64,000 bases of DNA from Dehalococcoidia bacterium (GTDB taxonomy: Bacteria; Chloroflexota; Dehalococcoidia; UBA2979): the NCBI GenBank assembly GCA_964291495.2, contig OZ219872.1, positions 640,001 to 704,000 on the forward strand. Reading direction: 5' to 3'. The notes under the pieces were generated by a model. That model saw nothing but the letters and a program-made list of their open reading frames with translations. It had not been told where the DNA came from and did no database searches. Shown piece by piece: positions 31,207 through 40,763 of the stretch (position 1 is its first letter; every line of letters begins with the position of its first letter). Both the position numbers and the translations under genes were made by a program.

Positions 31207-32412
31207 ATGCGACCAGCGCTCGCCGCCGGCGCGGCCGTGCTCGCCCTTCTCCTCGCAGCGCTGATCGCCGCCTGCCAGGATGGCGAGGAGCCGGCGCCCG
31301 AGCCGTCCGCGGCCGATGCCGAAGCGGGAGCCGCGATCGCCGCCCGCCTGATGACCGTCGGCGAACCGATCGGCACCATCGTCGAGTCGCGGTCCGCGGC
31401 GATCGTCCCGGGCCTGCAGGTGGCGCTGAACCCGACGATCGTCGCCGTGATCTCGAGCGCCGTCGAGGCCGCCGACGAGCGGCTCACCTCGATTGCCGAG
31501 GTCGCGGGAATGGAGCCCGCTGCCTTCGCCGAGCTGTGGGAGGCCGACCGCAACGACGCCTTCGCGCGCTTCGCCGCGGCCATCGCAGCCACCGAGGATC
31601 CGGCCGCCACCGCCGACGACCTGTTCATCGACCTGCCCGTCGCGCTGCCCGTGCATCCCGAGGGTGAGCTCCTCGGCTCGGTGGTGACGCGGCGGACGAC
31701 CGGCGAGCTGGCGTTCTTCATCGTGTACGACACGCCGGGCCCGCAAATCGATGCGGAGCGGCTCGTCGGCGAGCAGGTCGATCAGTCTCCGTGGCAGGTG
31801 ACGGGCGCGCGCTCGAACGAGGACCTGGGCTTCTTCCAGTTCCAGAACACGATCAGCGCCGACGTCAGCGGCTTCGCCTGGATCCTGCCGCGCACGCCGG
31901 ATCCCTCGGCAGCCGACGCAACCGGGGCGGACGGGAGCGGCGACGGCGACGCCGCCGAGGATGGCGACGCGGCCAGCACGGAGTCCGGCCCCGCCTCGAC
32001 GGTCATCTACCTGATCCGGGCCGAGCCCGCGATCCTGGCCGACGAGCCGGCCTTCGAACTACCCGAGCACGGACGGCCGCTGCCCGAGCGGTTCCCGGCC
32101 GCCTCTCTGCTCGAGGGCGACCAGACGGTGACGGAGCTGTTCTGGAGCAGCCAGCCCGGCGTCTCCGGGTACCAGGTGATGGTGCTCGCGCCCGGGTCGT
32201 CGTTCGACATCGCCGACCTCTACCGCGAGCGCATCGAGGCGGAGGGCTGGGAGATCGTCGAGGACCAGGCCGTGGGCTTCTCGACGATCCTCGAATTCGC
32301 CTCGGAGGACCGCGCCCTGCAGGGCACCGCCTCGTTCGACACGTTCGAGGACAACGAGGATTACACGCAGATCACGCTGCAGATCCAGAGCGCGGGTACG
32401 TCGCCGAACTGA
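31207..32412 (+). CDS. Hypothetical acidic lipoprotein
   Basis: Lipobox IAA-C; host-like codon pattern. Confidence 0.75.
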   Translation: MRPALAAGAAVLALLLAALIAACQDGEEPAPEPSAADAEAGAAIAARLMTVGEPIGTIVESRSAAIVPGLQVALNPTIVAVISSAVEAADERLTSIAEVAGMEPAAFAELWEADRNDAFARFAAAIAATEDPAATADDLFIDLPVALPVHPEGELLGSVVTRRTTGELAFFIVYDTPGPQIDAERLVGEQVDQSPWQVTGARSNEDLGFFQFQNTISADVSGFAWILPRTPDPSAADATGADGSGDGDAAEDGDAASTESGPASTVIYLIRAEPAILADEPAFELPEHGRPLPERFPAASLLEGDQTVTELFWSSQPGVSGYQVMVLAPGSSFDIADLYRERIEAEGWEIVEDQAVGFSTILEFASEDRALQGTASFDTFEDNEDYTQITLQIQSAGTSPN

Positions 32413-32521
32413 CGCCGCCGGCGCGCGCGGCCGCGCGCCTGTGCCAGAATGCTTACCGGTCCCGCCCTCGCCGTCCCGAAGCGACCCCGAGGGCGCAACG
32501 CCGGGAAGCGGCGGCGGCGCG

Positions 32522-32929
32522 GTGAGCGCACAGACCTGCGGATTCGGATCGGGCTTCCTGCGTCGCGGCTGCAGCCGCGACGCCATCACCGACTGCGTCT
32601 ACTGCGGCCGCCCCTTCTGCGAGGAGCACGGCGAGCGCGCCGAGGACTACATGGACGTCTGCGCCGGCAAGCGCTGCAGCGAGAAGCTCCGCGACGTGCG
32701 AGCGCACTCGGAGTGGCGGCAGCGCGTGTCGGAGGCGAACCAGGTGAGCGTCTGCGCCCTCGACGGTTGCGCGGAGCGGATGCGCCACCAGTGCTCGCGC
32801 TGCCGCCTGCTGTTCTGCCCGGAGCACATTCGCGAGCGGGAGATCGCCGACCACTCGGTGCAACCGCCCGCGAAGGTGCTGGCCGTCGTCTGCGCTCACT
32901 GCCAGGAGCGACGCAAGCTCTGGGACTGA
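32522..32929 (+). CDS. Cys/His-rich double Zn-finger protein, paralogue A
   Basis: Two CxxC-x4-CxxH units; similar to the next ORF; GTG start inferred. Confidence 0.8.
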   Translation: MSAQTCGFGSGFLRRGCSRDAITDCVYCGRPFCEEHGERAEDYMDVCAGKRCSEKLRDVRAHSEWRQRVSEANQVSVCALDGCAERMRHQCSRCRLLFCPEHIREREIADHSVQPPAKVLAVVCAHCQERRKLWD

Positions 32930-33056
32930 GCGCGGGCGCCCGTCGAGGTGGCGCGAGAGGGCGCGGCCACCGCGCACGTGCCACAATGCTCGTAATCAAT
33001 CCTCGGCGCCCGGACTCCAGGTCCAGGACCGTAGGCGCCGGGATCGGCGGTCCGCC

Positions 33057-33545
33057 GTGAGAGCACAAGGCTGCAAGTTCGGATCGAGTTTCCTGCGCCG
33101 CGGCTGCGGCCGCCGCGCCGTCAGCGAGTGCGTCTACTGCGCCCGCCCCTTCTGCGGCGCGCACGGCGAGCGCGGCGAGGACTACACCCACGTCTGCGCC
33201 GGCAGGCGCTGCCGCGCGAAGCTCGAGGACCTGCGCGAGCAGACGGAGTGGCGGGCGCGCGTCGCCGCGTCGAACGGGCGAAACGAGTGCGCCCTCGAGG
33301 GCTGCCAGGAGCGGATGCGTCACCAGTGCTCGCGCTGCCGCTTGCTGTTCTGCCGGGAGCATGTCCGCCCGCCGGACATCCGCGACCGCTCGCTGGCGAG
33401 CACCTTCGACAAGATCATCCACGGCCGCGCACTGCTGACCGTCGCCAGCCTGCCGGCAGGGCGACCCGAACAGCTCCTCCCAGCGGACGCGGGACCCGCG
33501 CTCGTCTGCGCCCACTGCGCCACGCGTCCCCGGACATCGAGCTAG
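33057..33545 (+). CDS. Cys/His-rich double Zn-finger protein, paralogue B
   Basis: Shares FLRRGC, CVYC, RMRHQCSRCRLLFC, VCAHC with paralogue A. Confidence 0.75.
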   Translation: MRAQGCKFGSSFLRRGCGRRAVSECVYCARPFCGAHGERGEDYTHVCAGRRCRAKLEDLREQTEWRARVAASNGRNECALEGCQERMRHQCSRCRLLFCREHVRPPDIRDRSLASTFDKIIHGRALLTVASLPAGRPEQLLPADAGPALVCAHCATRPRTSS

Positions 33546-33580
33546 CCACGAACTGATTCGCCCCGCGGGCCCCGTCTCCC

Positions 33581-35263
33581 TCAGGCTTCGCCCAGCCCGA
33601 GCGACCCCGCACCGCGGTGCTCGGCGATCGGGTCGGTGCCCGGGGCGACGCGGGTCCAGCGCGCCAGCTCGCGATGCACGTCCGCCGCGACGGCGATCGG
33701 CCGTCCGGCGAGCGCCTCGGCGGCGACGGCCCCCGAGGGGTCGACCACGTACGCGCCACCCGCCTCCTCGGGACCGGCCGAGGCGGCCAGCCAGACGCGG
33801 TTCTCCGCGGCGCGCGTCCGCGCGAGGGCGCGCAGCGCCTCGGGCGCAAGGCCGGGCAGCGGCTGCGCGCACCAGACCAGCAGCTCAGCGCCCTGCAGCC
33901 GCAGCCCGCGCGCCGGCTCCGGCGCGAGCCCGTCGCCGGCGAGCAGCAGCCCGATCCGCCCGAGGCGCGTCTCCACCAGCGGCGGCGGGTCGGCGCCGGG
34001 GCTGTAGCCGGCGGCACGCTCGGCCCCGTCGAGGTGCGCCTGCCGGCAGGACGCGATCACCTCACCGCCGTCGAGCAGCGAGAGCCGCTTGTAGGTGGCC
34101 CCGCCGGCGCGCTCGGCCAGGCCCACGGCGAGCATCACGCCGGCGTCCCTGCTGAGCGTCCGCAGCAGCGGCAGCAGCTCCGCCTCGGCCAGCGCGTGCG
34201 CGTCCGCCCTCGCGAGATCCGGCAGCACGACGAGCTCCGCACCCTGCGTGGCAAGCGTGCCGACGAGGGCGCGCAGTCGCTCCATCAGCGCCACGGCGGA
34301 TGGCGTGACCTCGATGGCCGCGGCGGCCACCCGCACGATCTCCTCGTCCACTGGCAGGTGCGGATCCGCGAGAGATTCGCCCGGAAGAGCCACACCGCCG
34401 TACAGCTCAAGACGCGGCTCGACCGGCGGGCCGCTCGCCTCGTCGAGGTCGACGACGGCGTGGACGATGCCGGGGCTGTCGCTCGGCGCCTGCGCGCGCC
34501 AGCGCCCGCGCGGATCGACGACGCCGCTGCGCCCGGCGTAGACGATGCTGTCAGCCTCGACGCCGACCTTGTCGGCGGCGGCGATCCAGGCGCCGTTCTC
34601 GATCGCGCGCGCGGCCAGCATGTAGTCGACCTGCGGGTTGGAGAGCGCCGCCGGATCGCGGCCCGAGGAGACCCAGGCCGTGCAATCGACCAGCAGCTCC
34701 GCACCGCCCAGCGCGAGCTCGCGCGTGATCTCCGGCAGACGGCCGTCGGAGCAGATGAAGAGCCCGGCCTGGCCGACCGCTTCGGCTGTGCCCGTTGGGG
34801 CTCCCTCGAGGGCGACCGGCGCGCCTGCCTCGCCGGGCGTGAACCAGTGGCGGTCGAAGTGCCAGAGGAAGCGCTTCGGCTGCCGGGCGGCCACGCGCCC
34901 GTCGCGCCCGAACAGCACCGCCACGTTGCGCAGCAGGCCGCCGTCCGCCGCATCGCCGCCGCCCCGCTGGACGAGGCCGACCGCGATCGCGCAGCCGTGG
35001 CGCGCCGCGTGCTCGCCGATGATCTCCTCGACCTCGTCATCGGCGTAGACGTTGGCCGCCTCGTAGGCCTCGCGCGAGTGCAGGTAGTAGGCAGGGTAGC
35101 TCGCCTCGGGCAGCACGATCAGGTCCGGCGGCCCGGCCGGCGCGCCGGCCGCGGCCTCGTCGATGCGGCGCAGCACCTCCTGCCACGCCGCCTCGTGATC
35201 CGCCAACTCGAAGGCGGGGAGCTGCAGCAGGGCGAGGCGCAGCGTGCGGCCGCCGTCGCTCAT
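33581..35263 (-). CDS. Two-domain carbon-nitrogen hydrolase (nitrilase superfamily)
   Basis: LPE, K, ICSD triad in domain 1; ARAIEN and TRAAEN repeats. Confidence 0.87.
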   Translation of the reverse strand: MSDGGRTLRLALLQLPAFELADHEAAWQEVLRRIDEAAAGAPAGPPDLIVLPEASYPAYYLHSREAYEAANVYADDEVEEIIGEHAARHGCAIAVGLVQRGGGDAADGGLLRNVAVLFGRDGRVAARQPKRFLWHFDRHWFTPGEAGAPVALEGAPTGTAEAVGQAGLFICSDGRLPEITRELALGGAELLVDCTAWVSSGRDPAALSNPQVDYMLAARAIENGAWIAAADKVGVEADSIVYAGRSGVVDPRGRWRAQAPSDSPGIVHAVVDLDEASGPPVEPRLELYGGVALPGESLADPHLPVDEEIVRVAAAAIEVTPSAVALMERLRALVGTLATQGAELVVLPDLARADAHALAEAELLPLLRTLSRDAGVMLAVGLAERAGGATYKRLSLLDGGEVIASCRQAHLDGAERAAGYSPGADPPPLVETRLGRIGLLLAGDGLAPEPARGLRLQGAELLVWCAQPLPGLAPEALRALARTRAAENRVWLAASAGPEEAGGAYVVDPSGAVAAEALAGRPIAVAADVHRELARWTRVAPGTDPIAEHRGAGSLGLGEA

Positions 35264-35285
35264 CGCGCCCCCCTCGCGAGGCCGC

Positions 35286-36062
35286 CTAGCCCTCGACCAC
35301 CGGGTTGCGCAGCACCCCGACGCCGCCGATCTCGACCGAGACGATGTCGCCGTCGGCAAGCTGATGCGTCTCGCCGGGCGTGCCGGTGAAGATCAGGTCG
35401 CCGCGCTCCAGCGTCATGGCGCTCGAGATGTGGGCGATGCAGCGCCGGATCGAGTGGATCAGGTCGGCCGTCGTCGCCTGCTGGATCACCTCGCCGTTGA
35501 GCCGCACGGCAAGCGGGATCGCCTCCGGATCGAGGCCGGTCGCGATCCAGGGGCCGACGGCGGTGAAGGTGTCGGCGGACTTGGCGCGCCACCACTGCAG
35601 ATCGCCGCGCTGCCAGGGGCGCGCGGAGACGTCGTTGCCGCAGGTGTAGCCGAGGACGTGGTCGTCGACGCGCTCCTCGGGGATGTTGCGCCCGCGGCGG
35701 CCGATCACGGCGACGACCTCGCCCTCCTCGTCGACGCGGCCCGCGCCGGGCGGCAGCACGATTGCCTCGCCGGGGCCGATCACGGAGCTGGGCGTCTTGA
35801 TGAACGGCTCCGGCTGCGCCGGGGCCGGACGGGCGCCCGCCGATTGCGCCGCGCCGGAGTCGAGGTGGCTGCGATAGTTCAGGCCGATCGCCAGCACCTT
35901 CGTCGGTCGCGTCGGCGCGAGCAGCCGCGCCTCCTCGAGCGGCACGACCTCGCCGCTGCGCTCGCGCCGGCCGAAGAGGCCGCCGCGGATCAGGTGCAGC
36001 GCGCCGTCCTCGACGATCGCATGCACCACCTTGCCCCGAACTCGTGCCCGTGCGAGCAGCAC
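35286..36062 (-). CDS. Fumarylacetoacetate hydrolase family protein
   Basis: IGLNY, EGEV, GYTCGNDVSAR, GDLIFTGTP. Confidence 0.93.
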   Translation of the reverse strand: MLLARARVRGKVVHAIVEDGALHLIRGGLFGRRERSGEVVPLEEARLLAPTRPTKVLAIGLNYRSHLDSGAAQSAGARPAPAQPEPFIKTPSSVIGPGEAIVLPPGAGRVDEEGEVVAVIGRRGRNIPEERVDDHVLGYTCGNDVSARPWQRGDLQWWRAKSADTFTAVGPWIATGLDPEAIPLAVRLNGEVIQQATTADLIHSIRRCIAHISSAMTLERGDLIFTGTPGETHQLADGDIVSVEIGGVGVLRNPVVEG

Positions 36063-36226
36063 CGCACCCTCCTCCGGCTGCGCCGCGCGCGGCTCCGCGC
36101 GGCCTCGATCGCGCCGGTGCGCATGCTACGATGCCCGGCGCCGCTCGCGCGTCACCGGCGGCGAGATCGCAGGGGATCGCGCGGCAACTCAAGCCCGTGC
36201 GACCCCCTCCGCACGACGAGGAGCCA

Positions 36227-37432
36227 CTGCTGCTCGGGATCCACCACACGCTCTCGCGCCGCACGGAGCCCTTCAGACCGATCGAGGATCTCCGCGTCCG
36301 CATGTACGTCTGCGGCATCACGCCCTACGACGCCGGGCACCTCGGACACGCGCTCACCTACGTCGTCTTCGATGTCGTGCGGCGCTACCTCGAGTTCCAG
36401 TCCTTCGAGGTCGAGCACATCCAGAACATCACCGACGTCGACGACGACATGGTGCGCGTCTCCGCCGAGCGCGGCCTCTCGATCGCCGAGCTGACAGAGG
36501 AAACGCACACGCAGTTCGTGCGCGACATGGACGCGCTCAACGTGCTGCGCCCGGACGCCTACCCGCGCGTCTCCGGCAGCATCCCCGAGATCGTCGAGCT
36601 GATCTCGCTGCTGCTGGAGCGAGGGCACGCCTACGAGTCCGAAGGCCACGTCTTCTTCGAGGCACGCAGCGCGCCCGCCTTCGGCGCGCTGAGCGGGATG
36701 ACGGCGGACCAGCTGCGCAACGCCCCCCGCACGGACACGATGCCCGAGGAGCCCGAGCACCTGAAGCGCGACCCGCTCGACTTCCTGCTCTGGCAGCCCT
36801 CGGACTACCCCGGCGCCGCCTTCGACGCGCCGTGGGGGCGCGGCCGCCCCGGCTGGCACATCGAGTGCTCGGCGATGGCGCGCGCCAACCTCGGCGATCG
36901 GATCGACATCCACGGCGGCGGGAGCGATCTGGTTTACCCGCACCACGAGTCCGAGATCGTGCAGTCCGAGCACGCGACGGGGGCGGCGCCGTTCGTCGGC
37001 TGCTGGATGCACATCGGCACGCTCACGCTGGACGGCGTGAAGATGTCCAAGTCGCTCGGCAACCTCGTCAAGGTCGGCGAGCTGCTGGATGCGGGGCACG
37101 AGCCCGATGCGATCCGCCTCGCGTTGCTCGGCACGCACTATCGCGAGGAGCACCCCTGGACCGACGCCGTCCTCGAGCGCGCCGAGGAGCAGGCGGCGCT
37201 CCTCCGCCGCGCTGCGGCGAGCCGCGGCGGGCCACCCGACCAGCTGCGCGTCCAACCGCTGCGCAACGAGTTCATGGACGCGATGGACGACGACTTCGAC
37301 ACCCCGCGCGCCATCGACACCCTCCTCGCCATCGCCCGCGACATCGAGTCCGGCGCCCTCCACGGCGCGACGGCCATCCCCGCGCTCGTCGAGCTTGCCG
37401 GAGTGCTGGGGCTGATGCTGGGGCGAGAGTAG
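36227..37432 (+). CDS. MshC-like / short cysteinyl-tRNA synthetase paralogue (start uncertain, possibly CTG)
   Basis: [45 protein letters not shown]; ends after the DDFDTP helix. Confidence 0.85.
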   Translation: MLLGIHHTLSRRTEPFRPIEDLRVRMYVCGITPYDAGHLGHALTYVVFDVVRRYLEFQSFEVEHIQNITDVDDDMVRVSAERGLSIAELTEETHTQFVRDMDALNVLRPDAYPRVSGSIPEIVELISLLLERGHAYESEGHVFFEARSAPAFGALSGMTADQLRNAPRTDTMPEEPEHLKRDPLDFLLWQPSDYPGAAFDAPWGRGRPGWHIECSAMARANLGDRIDIHGGGSDLVYPHHESEIVQSEHATGAAPFVGCWMHIGTLTLDGVKMSKSLGNLVKVGELLDAGHEPDAIRLALLGTHYREEHPWTDAVLERAEEQAALLRRAAASRGGPPDQLRVQPLRNEFMDAMDDDFDTPRAIDTLLAIARDIESGALHGATAIPALVELAGVLGLMLGRE

Positions 37433-37686
37433 CGGGCCCGTTGTCAGAGAGACTGCCGCCAGCCAGAGCATCAGGGGGAGCCGGAAAGAGTAAACTGTAA
37501 ACTATGGGTAGCTGAGTTGGACAAGGCTCAACCCACGCAGCCCGGCCAGTCGAGCGGAGCGGCCGAAGCTGCGGCACAGAGGATCCGCGTCGTGTAGGAT
37601 GCGTCGGCGTTGCAGCGGGATGGGGGCGGAGACTTGCGCGCACTTGTTATTCGGCGCGTCTGGACGCAGCAGGTAGCTAGCCAACA

Positions 37687-38394
37687 ATGCGCTGCGCCGT
37701 AGTCGAGGTCAGGCTGGACCTCGAGTCTGACATCGCCTTACCGACGCCGAGCGACGTTGTGCGGGAGGTTGTTGGCCGTGCCGGAAGTGAAGCCTTGGCT
37801 CCCCCGAACGCGCCGACACTCGTGCCGTCGGCTCAAGTACGAGTTCCGGCCAAGCGGCTCGGCGTCCTCGTCTCTGGCCACTCGTGGAGCGTTCGTAGTG
37901 AGCACCTAACCGATGCCGAATCGATGTTCCGAGATGTGGTGGAGCAGTTTAGGCTCGCCGAGAGCTTCTATGCGGAAGCCGCAGCGCGATCCGTCACCGT
38001 CAGTTCGCATTGGATCGAGCCGCTCGATATGAGATGGAGCGACCTTGTACGGGCCTACGTTCGCGCGTTCTACAGGCCCGAGACGCTTCCTCCCGAGGCG
38101 AGCGATGCAACCGTGGTATTCGATGTTGCCCGGGACAATGGTGAGGATACGTACCAAAGTGGTCCGATGGAGAAGAACCAGCTTGTCGGAGAGTACTTGA
38201 ACTTCTGGGACGCCGATGAACCAGGTCTACCGGAGGTTCTGTTCTTCTTCGCTCACCGAGCGTTGATTCGCACCGATGCCTCGATGGACCCGAGCACAGT
38301 GGAAGAAACCTCTCGGCGAGCGCTGGACCGCGCGATGTCGTTCGCCGAGAATCACTACTCGCAGTTCGCGCAGAGCATTGGAGTGTCAACATGA
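37687..38394 (+). CDS. Hypothetical protein, TIGR04255-like by pattern
   Basis: AVVEVRL start, mixed alpha/beta pattern; stop overlaps next ATG (ATGA). Confidence 0.65.
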   Translation: MRCAVVEVRLDLESDIALPTPSDVVREVVGRAGSEALAPPNAPTLVPSAQVRVPAKRLGVLVSGHSWSVRSEHLTDAESMFRDVVEQFRLAESFYAEAAARSVTVSSHWIEPLDMRWSDLVRAYVRAFYRPETLPPEASDATVVFDVARDNGEDTYQSGPMEKNQLVGEYLNFWDADEPGLPEVLFFFAHRALIRTDASMDPSTVEETSRRALDRAMSFAENHYSQFAQSIGVST

Positions 38395-38885
38395 CGACTG
38401 CGACCCGTACTGCGCCGACAGCGTTCCGTCCGGACTCTGATGAGTCGGAACGGCAGTCCAGATCCTGGGACATGCCCGCTGTGCAAGACAGCGTCGTCGT
38501 TGAGCCAGCACCGCCTCAGGTCACAAGTGTGTGGATGGACTTCATCTCCCGACTGCTCAAGTACGTCGAGTGGGAGCCTGGCTGGGACGGCGGAAACGCC
38601 GAGCACATTGATCATTCGACAGCGCGGACGGCACTTGAGACTGCGGAGAGCATGCAAGCAGTCGCGCCCGTTCCCTTCGTTGCGCCGGCCCCGAGCGGGT
38701 CACTGCTCCTGCAGTGGGATTTCCCGGATGGCACGTCCGTCGAGGTCTATGTGGACAACGAAGCCGACTTCCCTGAGTGGGCCGCCCTCACACGTGCAGG
38801 GGTCGTCTATGAGATTGAGTTGACGGGGCCGGCAGGCCTCCGCGCTCTTCTCCAACAGCGAGTGCCGGTCACAACGGCTGGTTAG
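38391..38885 (+). CDS. Hypothetical protein with WDG motif
   Basis: EPGWDGGNAEHI...PAPSGSLLLQW; coupled to both neighbours. Confidence 0.7.
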   Translation: MTTATRTAPTAFRPDSDESERQSRSWDMPAVQDSVVVEPAPPQVTSVWMDFISRLLKYVEWEPGWDGGNAEHIDHSTARTALETAESMQAVAPVPFVAPAPSGSLLLQWDFPDGTSVEVYVDNEADFPEWAALTRAGVVYEIELTGPAGLRALLQQRVPVTTAG

Positions 38886-39358
38886 TGGCTCCGTCGACCG
38901 ATGAGCCGGAGCCCGTCGCGGCCAACGAGGAGCAGGCGCTCCGGCTGATTCACGAGGATTGGGTCAAGGACGGCCAGCTAACGAGCGTCGCATTCAAGAC
39001 TCGCGGCCCGGATAGCCCAAACTATGTGGCCGTGTCCATGTTCATCAAGGAGCGCCTCCCCGATGGGGATGGCGCTTGCCTGCACACCCGCCAATTCGCT
39101 TCGCACGGTCGCGCCCGACTCCAAGTCCGACACATCCGCGCCGTTACATACATGGCCGGGGACGGTGAACGGCGCCCAGGTTTTGATCTTCTGATGACTG
39201 GAACTGCCGAGCCCCCGTTGGATGCGTTCGGGAAGGCCCACGCTGAGCTGCGAGGCCCAACCCAGCGACCTGCAGCTGCAAAGGCTCTGGCAGTCGCGTT
39301 CAACGAGCATGGTCACATCGAAAAGGCTCCAGAACGGGACGATCGCGCGAGCGACTAA
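38885..39358 (+). CDS. Hypothetical protein, putative ART/RES-like fold
   Basis: LRLIHEDW...TSVAF...VSMF...HAEL; GTG overlaps upstream TAG. Confidence 0.65.
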   Translation: MAPSTDEPEPVAANEEQALRLIHEDWVKDGQLTSVAFKTRGPDSPNYVAVSMFIKERLPDGDGACLHTRQFASHGRARLQVRHIRAVTYMAGDGERRPGFDLLMTGTAEPPLDAFGKAHAELRGPTQRPAAAKALAVAFNEHGHIEKAPERDDRASD

Positions 39359-39434
39359 CGCTGCACGCGTGTTCGCTACGTCGTAGCCTCCGATCCTGTA
39401 GTACGCTCGTTGCCCTGCGGCCTGGGAGGGCGCT

Positions 39435-40763
39435 GTGCTCGAAATCGGCGGCGGACTGTTCGCCGTCCTCTTCCTTGTATTCCTCAACGGCTTCTTCGTC
39501 GCTGCCGAGTTCGCGCTCGTCACCGTGCGGAGCACGCGCGTGCAGCAGCTCCTCGCCGAGGGGACGCCCGGCTCGCGCAATGTCGACGACGGCGTACGCA
39601 ACCTCGACAGCTACATCGCCGCCTGCCAGCTCGGCATCACGCTCGCCAGCCTCGCCCTCGGCTGGATCGGCGAGCCGGCCGTGGCCGGCCTGCTCGAGCC
39701 CGTCGTCGGCCCGATCGGCGGGCACGCCCTCGCCGTGGCGATCGCCTTCACCATTATCACCGCGCTGCACGTGATCGCCGGCGAACTCGCGCCCAAGGGC
39801 GTAGCGCTGCAGTACCCGGAGCGCGTCGCGCTGCTCATCGCCGGTCCGCTGCGCCTCTTCCGCGCCGTCTTCCGCCCCGCCATCTGGCTGCTCAACGAGA
39901 GCGGCTGGGTCATCTCGAGGCTGCTCGGTGTCAGCCGCAGCGTCGAGTCCCGCGCGCACCTCGGCTCCGAGGAGTTGCGCCTCGTGGTGCGCGCGAGCCG
40001 CGACGCCGGCGAGCTGAACGCGCAGCAGGAGTTCATGCTGCAGCGCGTGATCCGCTTCTCCAGCCTCAACGTGGAGAGCGTGATGGCCCCCCGCCCCGAG
40101 GTGATCGCGATCCCCGCCGACATGCCCGTCGCCGAGGCCACTGCCTTCGCCAAGGAGCACCGCCACTCGCGCTACCCCGTCTTCCGCGACGACCTCGACA
40201 ACGTGATCGGCGTGCTGCACGCGCGCGATCTGCTGCTGGTCGAGGGCGACGCCTCGCTGGACTCGCTGGTGCGCGAGCCGCTGATGGTGCCGGCGCAGCT
40301 GAGCGTGCAGGAGCTGCTGCAACTGATGCGCGTGCGCCGCACCCAGTTCGCGATCGCCGTCGACGAGTACGGCGGCACGGACGGCATCGTCACGCTCGAG
40401 AACGTGCTCGAGGAGATCGTCGGCGAGCTGCAGGACGAGTTCGAGGTCCCCGAGGAGATCGCCGTGCGCCGCCCCGGCGGCATCGTGCGCATCGACGCCG
40501 CCGAGAGCGTGGACGCGCTTGGCGAGCTGCTCGGCATCGAGGTGGAGCCCGGCCCCTACAAGACGGTTGCGGGCCTGTTGCTCGAACACCTGCGCGAGAT
40601 CCCGCAGGTCGGCGACACCGTCGACCTCGGCGGCTACCAGTTCGCGATCGCGGAGATGGACGACCTGCGCATCGCCGCCGTCGAGGCGCGCCGGCTGGAC
40701 GCCGACCCCCCGACGGAGGCGGCGGCCGAGAGCCCCGCTCCGACTCGCGAGGCCATCCCCTGA
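39435..40763 (+). CDS. Hemolysin-family CNNM/CBS/CorC protein
   Basis: NGFFVAAEFALV, QLGIT, GELAPK, VDEYGG. Confidence 0.95.
   Translation: MLEIGGGLFAVLFLVFLNGFFVAAEFALVTVRSTRVQQLLAEGTPGSRNVDDGVRNLDSYIAACQLGITLASLALGWIGEPAVAGLLEPVVGPIGGHALAVAIAFTIITALHVIAGELAPKGVALQYPERVALLIAGPLRLFRAVFRPAIWLLNESGWVISRLLGVSRSVESRAHLGSEELRLVVRASRDAGELNAQQEFMLQRVIRFSSLNVESVMAPRPEVIAIPADMPVAEATAFAKEHRHSRYPVFRDDLDNVIGVLHARDLLLVEGDASLDSLVREPLMVPAQLSVQELLQLMRVRRTQFAIAVDEYGGTDGIVTLENVLEEIVGELQDEFEVPEEIAVRRPGGIVRIDAAESVDALGELLGIEVEPGPYKTVAGLLLEHLREIPQVGDTVDLGGYQFAIAEMDDLRIAAVEARRLDADPPTEAAAESPAPTREAIP

Larger units (their letters stand above)
37433..39360. other. Lower-GC accessory islet
   Basis: Line 38101-38160 has 31/60 G+C versus 46/60 at 36841-36900; many A/T third codon positions. 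Confidence 0.85.

Noticed and set aside
31069-39360. Island integrated at tRNA-His or tRNA-Sec
   Set aside because: No integrase, no duplicated tRNA 3' end seen, and genes next to both tRNAs have host-like composition
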